Assembly (NCBI GenBank): GCA_963666985.2
Contig: CAXXIA010000002.1
Coordinates: forward strand, 2,592,001-2,656,000
Direction of reading: 5' to 3'
Length of the DNA: 64,000 nucleotides
DNA from: Spirochaetia bacterium
GTDB taxonomy: Bacteria > Spirochaetota > Spirochaetia > DSM-2461
Part shown: piece by piece, positions 39,510-47,929 of the stretch
Layout of the letters: every line of letters starts with the position of its first letter
Position numbering within the stretch: the stretch's first letter is position 1
Notes under the pieces: model-generated
What the model saw: the letters and a program-made list of their open reading frames with translations, nothing else
What the model was told of the DNA's origin: nothing
Database searches by the model: none
Made by a program: the position numbers and the translations under genes

Positions 39510-41618
39510 ATGAAAAAGAGTATCGATTTTATTCGTAACGGATTTTTATACGGCGGAGATTACAATCCCGATCAATGGCTGGACCGGCCTGATGTGTTAA
39601 AGGAAGATCTCCGGCTGATGAAGAAGTCCGGCGTGAATGTCGTCTCTTTGGGGATTTTCGCCTGGTCCGCTCTGGAGCCCGAAGAAGGCGTGTTCCGATT
39701 CGAATGGCTGGACCGTGTTTTTGATGACTTGAACCGGAGCGGCATTCGCGTGTTTCTGGCTACGCCTTCGGGCGCCAGACCCGGATGGATGGCCGCGAAA
39801 TATCCGGAGGTTCTTCGCGTCGGTTCCGATGGAAAGCGGAATCTGTTCGGCATCCGGCATAATCATTGTTTCTCTTCTCCCGTGTATCGCGAGAAAACCG
39901 CGGAGATCAATGGGAAGCTGGCCGAACGCTATGCATCGCATCCCGCGGTAATTCTCTGGCATATTTCCAATGAATACAGCGGAGGATGTCATTGTGAACT
40001 TTGTCAGGAAAACTTCCGGAACTGGCTGAAAAATCGGTACGGGGATTTGGATTCCCTGAATAAGGCTTGGTGGAACGCTTTCTGGTCTCATACCGTTACC
40101 GATTGGAATCATATTCATTCGCCGGTTCCCCACGGAGAGCCGATGCTGCATGGTTTGAATCTTGATTGGAAGCGGTTCGTTACGGATATGACCGTGGATT
40201 TCATGGAAGCGGAAATTGCCGCCGTGCATACGGTTCGTCCGGATCTTCCGGTAACGACGAATCTCATGGCCGGTGTTGAGAACTCCGAGCACGATCCCGG
40301 ACTGGATTACTGGAAGTTCCGGGATAAATTCGATTTTGCTTCCTGGGATTCTTACCCCGGCTGGCATCTTCCGGGATACCAGGCCTTTTCTTTGGACATT
40401 CCGGAATCTCCGGTTGACGATTACCGAAGAGCTTCGGAAGTTGCCTTTCAGCATGATCTTTTCAGGTCTCTAACCGGAGGTCCTTTTCTGCTTATGGAAA
40501 GCACTCCCTCCGCGGTGAACTGGAGGCCTCTTTCCAAGCCGAAAAAACCGGGATTGAATATTCTTTCCGGCCTGCAGGCGGTCGCTCACGGGGCGAATTC
40601 CGTTCAGTATTTCCAGTGGCGTAAAAGCCGCGGCGGTTTTGAAAAATACCATGGCGCCGTCGTGGGGCATGACGGAACGGAGAATACCCGAATTTTCCGG
40701 GAAGCCGCGGAGCTGGGAAGCCTTTTGGATAAAATGCGGCCCATAGCCGATACCGATTATCCGGCCCGTACGGCACTGGTTTATAACTGGGAGAATCGCT
40801 GGGTGTTCGAAGACAGCCGAGGCGCTCTCAACGGTCCCAGGAAAGCTTACCTGGAGACTGTGAGAAAGCATTACTTCTGCCTTTGGGACAGCGGTGTTCC
40901 GATGGATATTATTTCGGGAGAGGAAGATCTTTCCGGATACGACTTGGTCGTCGCTCCGATGCTGCATATGGTTGGAAAAACATGTGAAAAACGCATCAGG
41001 GAATTCGTTGAAGCCGGCGGATTGTTTTTTACGACCTACCAATCGGGATATGTCGATGAGTCGGACCTTTGTTTCGAGGGGGCCGTACCCGGTCCTTTGC
41101 GGGATATTTTGGGGATTACCTGTGAGGAACTTGATGTTCTCAATCCTCGGGAACAGGCCGAGATACTGCCGAGTGTTGAAATGGAGTCTTTTTTTCCGAA
41201 CGGAACGGGAATCGCGACCGATTTCTGTGAAGTGGTTCAGGTTCAGTCCGCTCGATCTTTAGCCCGATTCCGGGGAAGTCTGGCCGACGGCGCGCCTGCC
41301 TTGACCGTTAATGACTTCGGGAAGGGGAGTGCCTGGTATCTTGCGGGACGACTGGACGCGGATTCCCTTAAGGGACTGTACAGGCATCTTATCAAGAGAG
41401 CCGGCACGGCGTCCGTCCATGATCGGCTTGCCGCCCGGGATGAAACCGTGAGCGTCCAGGTCCGAAGTTCCGGGGATAAAAAATACCTTTTCTTGATGAA
41501 TTTTGCACCGAAGGAAGCGGTGGTGAGGACCGTTAAATCTTATATGGATTTTTTGAATCCCGGAGAGCCGAAAAGCGAATGGATTCTTCCCGGCTGGGGT
41601 GTCGCGATACTCGAATAA
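39510..41618 (+). CDS. Beta-galactosidase (GH42)
   Basis: YGGDYNPDQW, WHISNEY, CHCELC, LMESTP, QYFQWR and EKYHG motifs. Confidence 0.95.
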   Translation: MKKSIDFIRNGFLYGGDYNPDQWLDRPDVLKEDLRLMKKSGVNVVSLGIFAWSALEPEEGVFRFEWLDRVFDDLNRSGIRVFLATPSGARPGWMAAKYPEVLRVGSDGKRNLFGIRHNHCFSSPVYREKTAEINGKLAERYASHPAVILWHISNEYSGGCHCELCQENFRNWLKNRYGDLDSLNKAWWNAFWSHTVTDWNHIHSPVPHGEPMLHGLNLDWKRFVTDMTVDFMEAEIAAVHTVRPDLPVTTNLMAGVENSEHDPGLDYWKFRDKFDFASWDSYPGWHLPGYQAFSLDIPESPVDDYRRASEVAFQHDLFRSLTGGPFLLMESTPSAVNWRPLSKPKKPGLNILSGLQAVAHGANSVQYFQWRKSRGGFEKYHGAVVGHDGTENTRIFREAAELGSLLDKMRPIADTDYPARTALVYNWENRWVFEDSRGALNGPRKAYLETVRKHYFCLWDSGVPMDIISGEEDLSGYDLVVAPMLHMVGKTCEKRIREFVEAGGLFFTTYQSGYVDESDLCFEGAVPGPLRDILGITCEELDVLNPREQAEILPSVEMESFFPNGTGIATDFCEVVQVQSARSLARFRGSLADGAPALTVNDFGKGSAWYLAGRLDADSLKGLYRHLIKRAGTASVHDRLAARDETVSVQVRSSGDKKYLFLMNFAPKEAVVRTVKSYMDFLNPGEPKSEWILPGWGVAILE

Positions 41619-41740
41619 AGAGAAAGGCCGCTTCCCGGGCCTTATTCGGTTTCTTGTCTTATCCTACTGTCTTGGGCGATCGCCATGGTCCTTGCTTTGC
41701 TTTGGTCCATTGCTGTTTGCGTTCTTCGGCTTCGCTTTTA

Positions 41741-42189
41741 TATCGCTCGGCGATGAGTACCCTTCGAGTCCTTTGAACTTCCTGAAGCTAAAAAAGCCCC
41801 CCGATGGGGAGCTTTTTTAGTTCGCGTCCTGCAGGACTCTCCCTCCATTCGCCGCCGTCCTGGCGGCTTACTTCGGGCCGTCTCCGCCGGCTTCCGCACA
41901 CATCGTGTGTGCTCTTCGCTCCTATTGTCGCGCGCCGACTTCGCTTCGAGCCTGCAGGAACAATAAAACCGCCTTTATTGGTTCAGGCGGCCCTTCCTGC
42001 AATCATGGGGATTATTATCCGGTAAATATGAATCGCGTCCTGCAGGACTCGCCCTTCGGGCGTCGGCATCGTGCCTCCTTCCTCCGGGCCGCTGGTACCG
42101 TCTTCCAGCAACATCCTGTTGCCTCAACCTCGCTATCGCTCGGCGACGAGTACCCTTCGAGTCCTTTGAACTTCCTTAAACTAAAAAAG
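41741..42189 (-). repeat. tRNA-Arg-linked array of structured repeat units
   Basis: tRNA 3'-end copies TCGCGTCCTGCAGGACTC at 41822-41839 and 42033-42050 (original at 43921-43938); 56-bp block 41741-41796 vs 42134-42189 is 53/56 identical. Confidence 0.85.
41788..41820. terminator. Bidirectional terminator hairpin in the distal repeat unit
   Basis: CTAAAAAAGC-CCCCCGATGGGGA-GCTTTTTTAG. Confidence 0.75.
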
Positions 42190-43911
42190 GGGCTGTCTCA
42201 TTAGTTTGAGACAGCCCCTTTTAAAATTTGGTTGACCTCCGAAGACGGGAGGTTCCCTCCCATCCCCTTATCGTTTCTGTAGCTTCCTCATGTTATGAGC
42301 CATACTCAACAGTCCCCATTCAGTACTGACCATCTTCAATCCCCTGGTTCGGAATCTCCGAAATCCCATATTCGTCTTGATATCTCCGAATACAGATTCG
42401 ACTTCAATCGGCCTGAGAGAGCGCATTCTCAGTCCTTCCTCTGAAGTCAGCAACTTGCGCACTTCAGACTTATGCCGTTCCAGGTTTGGACGAACCGTCA
42501 GGATGCGCTCTTTGCCTCCGTATTTGCAGCACCGGATTCGGAGAGAACACCTTTGGCATCCAGGGCCTGTATACCTTTTTTCAGTGGTCGGAAATCCTGA
42601 ACCTGTTTTCGAGATTCTGGTCTCCTCGTGTTTGAATCGGCGACCCTTGGGGCACCGGTATGTATCATCAGAGGCACGATAGTCCCAGTTCTCTTTCATA
42701 TGAATCTGCTTCTTGAACTTCCGTTTCCGCTCCCTGTGGAAGTAGCTGAACTTGATGTACTTCTCGACACCATGATCCTCACACCACTGGTAGTTCTCTT
42801 CACTACCATATCCTGAATCAGCAATGATTCTTTTCGGATAGCGTTTCAGATTCTTTTTCAGTTTCTCCATATGTAGCGGCAATGTCAGGGAGTCACCGGG
42901 ACTCTGGTGGATGCTATATCCGAGGATGAACTGGTTCTCAGTACCCATTTGGATGTTGTACCCGGGCTTGAGCTGACCATTTTTCATATAGTCTTCTTTC
43001 ATCCGCATGAAAGTCGCATCATAGTCTGTTTTCGAGTAACTATTTCGGTCGCCGAGGATTCTCTTCTGCTGCTCATACTTTTTGGCACGAGGGAGATAGT
43101 CCTTGCTAGCGGTATTCAATCTCCGTTGAATCTCCTTCTTTTCTCGCTCCTCCCGATCCTTGCGCAGCTCTTCATTGAGCTTGGATACCGCATCTTCGAG
43201 AATCTCCGACATCGGCCTGCCTTGAGGATCCACATGGGGAAGGTCATGGTCGCCGTACTTCTCATCCTCTTCTTCATTGATGCGGTCGATGTATTCGAAA
43301 AGCTCATCCATATTGCCGGCCAGGCGCTTCTGGAACTTGTCTGTCGCCCGGCCCCATACCCATGTGTATTTGTTAGCTGCTGATTCGATTTTTGTGCCGT
43401 CGAGAAAGTAGTTCTCCATCTGGACATGTCCGCTCTCGATGAGGCTGTTGGCCATTGAGGCAAAGATTTTCTCGATGCTCTTCTTCAATGGACCGTTACG
43501 AAATCTGTTTATCGTGTGGAAATCAGGACGGTTATTACCACTGATCCACATGAAGCATATCTGCTCACGAAGAGCGTCTGCGATTTGACGACAGGAATAC
43601 AGCTGTTTCGAGTAGGCCAACACCAGAACCTTCAGCATCATCACCGGGTGGTAGCTGCTGGCACCGCCTCCCGGATAGGCGTTGAAGAGCTCACTGGTAT
43701 CCATCGTGTCGATGAAGTTGTTGATTGTGCGGGATATATGGTTTGCGGGAAGCAGTTCATCGAGACTTGGAGGCAGGAGCATCTGTTGGCTGATTTCGTA
43801 ATCTTTGAATGTAGCCTTCTTTTTAGTGTCCATGAAGAATTCTACCACCCTTGAATTCAGAAGGGAATTCTTCCAGACATGAAAAAGGGCCGCCTCTTAT
43901 GAGACAGCCCC
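42189..43911 (-). mobile_element. IS1182-family insertion sequence
   Basis: Terminal inverted repeats GGGGCTGTCTCAT (42189-42201) and ATGAGACAGCCCC (43899-43911) around a single transposase; exact ends uncertain by a few bases. Confidence 0.9.
42268..43833 (-). CDS. IS1182-family DDE transposase
   Basis: YHPVMMLKVLV, PDFHTINRFR, DGTKIESAANKY, SKTDYDATFMRMK, ADSGYGSEEN, VESVFGDIK. Confidence 0.95.
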   Translation of the reverse strand: MDTKKKATFKDYEISQQMLLPPSLDELLPANHISRTINNFIDTMDTSELFNAYPGGGASSYHPVMMLKVLVLAYSKQLYSCRQIADALREQICFMWISGNNRPDFHTINRFRNGPLKKSIEKIFASMANSLIESGHVQMENYFLDGTKIESAANKYTWVWGRATDKFQKRLAGNMDELFEYIDRINEEEDEKYGDHDLPHVDPQGRPMSEILEDAVSKLNEELRKDREEREKKEIQRRLNTASKDYLPRAKKYEQQKRILGDRNSYSKTDYDATFMRMKEDYMKNGQLKPGYNIQMGTENQFILGYSIHQSPGDSLTLPLHMEKLKKNLKRYPKRIIADSGYGSEENYQWCEDHGVEKYIKFSYFHRERKRKFKKQIHMKENWDYRASDDTYRCPKGRRFKHEETRISKTGSGFPTTEKRYTGPGCQRCSLRIRCCKYGGKERILTVRPNLERHKSEVRKLLTSEEGLRMRSLRPIEVESVFGDIKTNMGFRRFRTRGLKMVSTEWGLLSMAHNMRKLQKR

Positions 43912-43921
43912 TTTTTTAATT

Positions 43922-43995
43922 CGCGTCCTGCAGGACTCGAACCTGCGACCTACGGGTTCGAAGCCCGGTACTCTATCCATCTGAGCTAAGGACGC
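43922..43995 (-). tRNA. tRNA-Arg(TCG)
   Basis: GCGTCCT/AGGACGC acceptor, anticodon loop CT-TCG-AA, GGTTCGAGTCC. Confidence 0.95.
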
Positions 43996-44016
43996 ATACC
44001 GCCCCTTCGGGGCGAG

Positions 44017-44090
44017 GGTGGATGACGGGACTTGAACCCGCGACAACCAGAACCACAATCTGGCGCTCTACCAACTGAACTACATCCACC
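44017..44090 (-). tRNA. tRNA-His(GTG), including encoded G-1
   Basis: G-GTGGATG/CATCCAC-C acceptor, CCAGA-TT-GTG-GT-TCTGG anticodon arm. Confidence 0.96.
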
Positions 44091-44209
44091 ATGTCGTGAC
44101 GGCAATGGCCACGGGCACTTTTTTTACCCCTTTGGGCCTCCTCATGTCAATACAAGGGTGGACGCTTTATTATTGAAGAGCTATTCTGCGTCGGCTGTAG
44201 AGGTATGAT

Positions 44210-44509
44210 ATGGAACTTACGAAGACACAGCGCCGATGGCTGGCATCAAAGGCGCAGAAGATCAAACCGACCGTGATGATAGGCAAAGAAGGGCTTTCGG
44301 AAGGCGTGACGAAGCAGACCGACGCGGAACTGGAGGCTCATGAGCTGATTAAGGTCCGCTTTGTCGGCCACAAGGAGTTTCTTGAGGAAATCGCGCCGAT
44401 GCTGGCTTCGAATACCGGTGCGGAGCTGGTTCGGACAATTGGTCATGTGGCTGTTCTCTATCGGCCTCGGGAAGAGGAAGAGAAACGGGAGATTATTCTT
44501 CCGTGCTAA
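44210..44509 (+). CDS. yhbY: YhbY/CRM-domain RNA-binding protein
   Basis: IGKEG, HELIKV and IGHVAVLYR motifs. Confidence 0.92.
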   Translation: MELTKTQRRWLASKAQKIKPTVMIGKEGLSEGVTKQTDAELEAHELIKVRFVGHKEFLEEIAPMLASNTGAELVRTIGHVAVLYRPREEEEKREIILPC

Positions 44510-44565
44510 ACGTCTGCTGATTTCCAAGTGATAATAATCGGGACGGATATAACGTCTTTTTCCGA

Positions 44566-45477
44566 TTAGGTGACGTTTTCCTTGTTTTTGTTAAAGGGAA
44601 AGCGTTCGTAGAAGAAATCCAGAAAAACCTTGAATGCCGGATTGGTATTATTCCGATTCCAGAAAAGAACTGTGAAAAACGTTGTGTCCAATCCTTCAAG
44701 ATCAAGCATGGCGCATCCTTGTATATTTTCCCGGGCAACAGGAGCGGGAATAATGGATCCTACCGTTCCCGATCGGACATTGAGAAGGATGGTATCAATT
44801 GAATCAGGAGACTGGATCTGACCGTCTTCAACCGCATCGGTGAGATCAAGACTTTCCCAGAGATGCCGAATAAAGGGAAACTGATTATACCCAAGGAAAA
44901 TGAATTTCTCATTTTGCAGCATGTCGATCGAAATCTTTTCAAATCGAGCCAGAGGGTGGGTATCCGATAAGATGACACAAAAGCGTTCTTTGAAAAGAGG
45001 AACAATCTCGAATGTCTCTTCATCTTCAATTTCAAAAGAAAAACAAATTCCGAAATCACCCCTGCCGATGGCGACCGAATCCCGGATTAAACCTGTTGGT
45101 CTGTTTTGTGCCGTAAAGCGAACATTGGGATAGGTTTTGCAAAAGTCACGGTAAAGCTGTATCAATTCGGGATAGTAGACCTGCAAACTTTCATAAACAA
45201 TTCTTCCGTATGTACCATTTGAAAACATGCGCATTCTTTCAAGAAGTTTTTCCCGCCTGAGGAGCAATTCATTACATTCCTCCAGAAATACGGCTCCGGC
45301 GGAAGAAAGGTGCATGGATTTATTATCTCGGATAAAGAGTTTGACTTGAAATTCATCTTCCAGTAATAAGATCTGACGGCTGAGAGTCGGCTGGCTGACA
45401 TGAATGATTTCTGATGTTTTTGTAAAATTTAAGTTTTTTGCCAGGGCGGAAAAGGATAGCAATTGTTCAAAGGTCAT
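44566..45477 (-). CDS. LysR-family regulator
   Basis: LNFTKTSEIIHVSQPTLSRQILLLE HTH plus substrate-binding domain. Confidence 0.95.
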   Translation of the reverse strand: MTFEQLLSFSALAKNLNFTKTSEIIHVSQPTLSRQILLLEDEFQVKLFIRDNKSMHLSSAGAVFLEECNELLLRREKLLERMRMFSNGTYGRIVYESLQVYYPELIQLYRDFCKTYPNVRFTAQNRPTGLIRDSVAIGRGDFGICFSFEIEDEETFEIVPLFKERFCVILSDTHPLARFEKISIDMLQNEKFIFLGYNQFPFIRHLWESLDLTDAVEDGQIQSPDSIDTILLNVRSGTVGSIIPAPVARENIQGCAMLDLEGLDTTFFTVLFWNRNNTNPAFKVFLDFFYERFPFNKNKENVT

Positions 45478-45675
45478 TTATATTTTCCTCCCCCTCCCTC
45501 TATGAGGCTATAAAATTACTCTATATATAGTGGGCTTTTACTGACTGATCTTACTATGACGGGGTGGACAGTTCAATATGAAATGTCCGCTCTGCCGGTT
45601 CTTGTATCATAACTCAGGAGATATCGATCAAGAAGGATTAGTTCTCTTTATAAACGATATCTTTGATGACTCCGT

Positions 45676-45741
45676 TATTCGAAATCCGAATACACTTAGT
45701 CGAAATTTCAATTTTACTCCTGAAAAAACCCTCCCTATAAT
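45676..45741 (+). promoter_or_regulatory. LysR box TATTCG-N5-CGAATA and promoter TTTACT-N17-TATAAT
   Basis: Palindrome 45676-45692 contains T-N11-A and is centred about -64 from the inferred start; -35 at 45713-45718, -10 at 45736-45741. Confidence 0.65.
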
Positions 45742-45805
45742 CGGGACTCGCGGATACGGATAAGTCTGTTCCATATCCGGATAAAACATGTAGGAGAAAT
45801 TCATC

Positions 45806-47758
45806 TTGAGTCAACAACAAAAAAAATACGCAAACCTTTTATCCCCGTTCAGAATTGGAAATATTGTTCTGAAAAACAGAATGATTTCATCTCCAAGTCG
45901 CCCGCATTTTGCACAAGGCGGAGAACCTTATCCTACGGATACATGGATTTCCCATTTTGAAAAGAAGGCAAGAAATGGTGCCGCCATTGTTACCTGCAGC
46001 GGTGCCGGAGGTGAGAATCTTGATCCGTCTCACGGATTATTATTCGATATTTTCCAAGGCCATAACCAGCATTATCTTTCTCAGTTGACGGAATCTTGTC
46101 ACTTTTATGGAACACGTGTTCATATGGCTCTTTATCCGATTCATGACAGGAAATGGGATGTCAGCAGTGATGTTCCTTCAATCTTTGTTATGGGTGACGG
46201 CAGTGAGATAACTTACGGCAAGGAAATCCCCGAAGAGGAAATCTTAAGAATTACCGAGCATATGGCCCATCAGGCTCTGGTACTGAAAAGAGACTGCGGT
46301 TTTGATGGTGTTTTTCTTCATATGTGCTATCGGGCAACCCTGCTGGCCAGAAGTCTATCTCCCTTGACGAATATCCGAACCGACAAGTACGGAGGCAGTC
46401 TTGAAAACCGCTGCCGCTGGCCTTTAATGGTCTGTAAAGCCATTAAGGAAAAATGCGGAAATGATTTTCTCATTGAGGCCTGTATTACCGGAGAGGATAT
46501 GGAAGAGGGCGGATGGACTCTCGAAGATTCAATAGAATTCGCCAAAATGGGCAAGGGCTATTTTGATATGCTTCAGCTCAGGAGCCCCGCTATTGATCCG
46601 AATCATCCCACCAGCTTCAACCCTAAAGCAACCCCCTGGCTCTATATGGCCGAAACGGTAAAAAAGGCCGGAGTGGATATGCCTATTGTCGCCATATCCG
46701 GATTCAGTCATCCGGATCTTGGGGAAGCCGCGCTTGCATCCGGGAAAGCCGATTTGGTATCCATGGCAAGAGCGTTTATCTCCAATCCGGAATGGGGAAA
46801 GCTTGTTGAAGAAGGCCGCGGAGAAGATATTGTTCCCTGCCTTCGATGCAATAAATGCCACAAGAGCAGCATGGCCGATCCTTGGGCCAGCGTTTGTTCG
46901 GTCAATCCGGTTTTCGGGCTGGAATACAAGATTGAACGGATGATTCCTCCGGAAGGTCCGTCCAAATCCGTCGCGGTTATCGGCGGCGGACCGGCGGGGA
47001 TGCAGGCGGCACTAAACGCGCTGGGCCGCGGACATAACGTAACCCTTTATGAAAAGAGTGACAAACTCGGCGGACTTTTAAAATGTGCCGATAAAGTGAA
47101 ATTTAAATGGACAATTCTGGCCTATAAGAATTTTCTGATCCGCCGGATAGAAAAATCAAAAGTCCGACTGTTTTTAAATACCGAGGCCACTCCTCAAATA
47201 ATCAATAACGAACATTACGATGTGGTGATTGCCGCGGTCGGTTCGGAGCCGCTTTTTCCGCCGATCCCCGGCATTGATCGGGAAAATGTTGTTTTCGCTG
47301 TTGATGTTTATGGAGGAGCGTATTCCGTTCCAACCGATACGGTCGTTGTAATCGGCGGAGGTGAGATAGGAGTTGAGACCGGAATGCTTCTGGCTCAGCA
47401 GGGCAAAAAGGTTACGCTCCTCGAAATGAGGGAGCGATTGGCTATGGATGCTACTCCTGTTCATTATTACAGCATGTTCATGGAAGCTTGGCAAAAAGAG
47501 TCAAATCTAACACCGATAGTTCGGGCAACGTGTACGGGCATCGGCAAGGATTGTGTAACGTACAGGGATGCTGACGGTGCGGAACGGACGGTGAAAGCCG
47601 GAACGGTCGTGATTGCCGCCGGAATGAAGCCGAAAACGGATGAAGCGCTGAAATTCGCCGCATCGGGAAGTCTTTTCAAGATGATAGGTGACTGTAATCA
47701 AGTTGGGAATGTTCAGAAATGCACTCGGAGTGCTTTTGGGATAGTGAGTTCTCTTTAA
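45806..47758 (+). CDS. NADH:flavin oxidoreductase (OYE barrel + 4Fe-4S + FAD/NAD domains; 2,4-dienoyl-CoA reductase/BaiCD-like)
   Basis: LKNR, RTDKYGGSLENR, CLRCNKC...C, GGGPAG, GGGEIG; TTG start downstream of AGGAG. Confidence 0.92.
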   Translation: MSQQQKKYANLLSPFRIGNIVLKNRMISSPSRPHFAQGGEPYPTDTWISHFEKKARNGAAIVTCSGAGGENLDPSHGLLFDIFQGHNQHYLSQLTESCHFYGTRVHMALYPIHDRKWDVSSDVPSIFVMGDGSEITYGKEIPEEEILRITEHMAHQALVLKRDCGFDGVFLHMCYRATLLARSLSPLTNIRTDKYGGSLENRCRWPLMVCKAIKEKCGNDFLIEACITGEDMEEGGWTLEDSIEFAKMGKGYFDMLQLRSPAIDPNHPTSFNPKATPWLYMAETVKKAGVDMPIVAISGFSHPDLGEAALASGKADLVSMARAFISNPEWGKLVEEGRGEDIVPCLRCNKCHKSSMADPWASVCSVNPVFGLEYKIERMIPPEGPSKSVAVIGGGPAGMQAALNALGRGHNVTLYEKSDKLGGLLKCADKVKFKWTILAYKNFLIRRIEKSKVRLFLNTEATPQIINNEHYDVVIAAVGSEPLFPPIPGIDRENVVFAVDVYGGAYSVPTDTVVVIGGGEIGVETGMLLAQQGKKVTLLEMRERLAMDATPVHYYSMFMEAWQKESNLTPIVRATCTGIGKDCVTYRDADGAERTVKAGTVVIAAGMKPKTDEALKFAASGSLFKMIGDCNQVGNVQKCTRSAFGIVSSL

Positions 47759-47775
47759 ATCGGTAAATGAACTGC

Positions 47776-47841
47776 AATTCGAAATGTGGATAGTGCAATA
47801 CGGAATTCCAATTGGGAAATGGGAAATTCCTGTGTTAAGGT
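47776..47841 (+). promoter_or_regulatory. Second putative LysR box with extended -10
   Basis: AATTCGAAATGTGGATA (13/17 to the first box) at the same distance from TGnTAAGGT (47833-47841). Confidence 0.4.
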
Positions 47842-47929
47842 CGAGATCCGGGGAATCGAAATGAAGGCAAAGTTTATCTTAACCAGATGTCCGATTAACC
47901 GGTGTTAATAATCAAATCGGGGAGAAGTT

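Noticed and set aside
41599..42204. Short ORFs 41599-41820 and 41905-42204 sharing SLGDEYPSSPLNFLKLKK
   Set aside because: The shared peptide is just the translation of the 56-bp repeat; no clear RBS, and the frames run through hairpins
41741..43939. CRISPR array or integrase-bearing island at tRNA-Arg
   Set aside because: The repeats are tRNA 3' ends ~200 bp apart; no cas or integrase gene is in the window
25559..44090. All four tRNA genes lack an encoded 3'-CCA
   Set aside because: Common in bacteria with a CCA-adding enzyme; not evidence of pseudogenes
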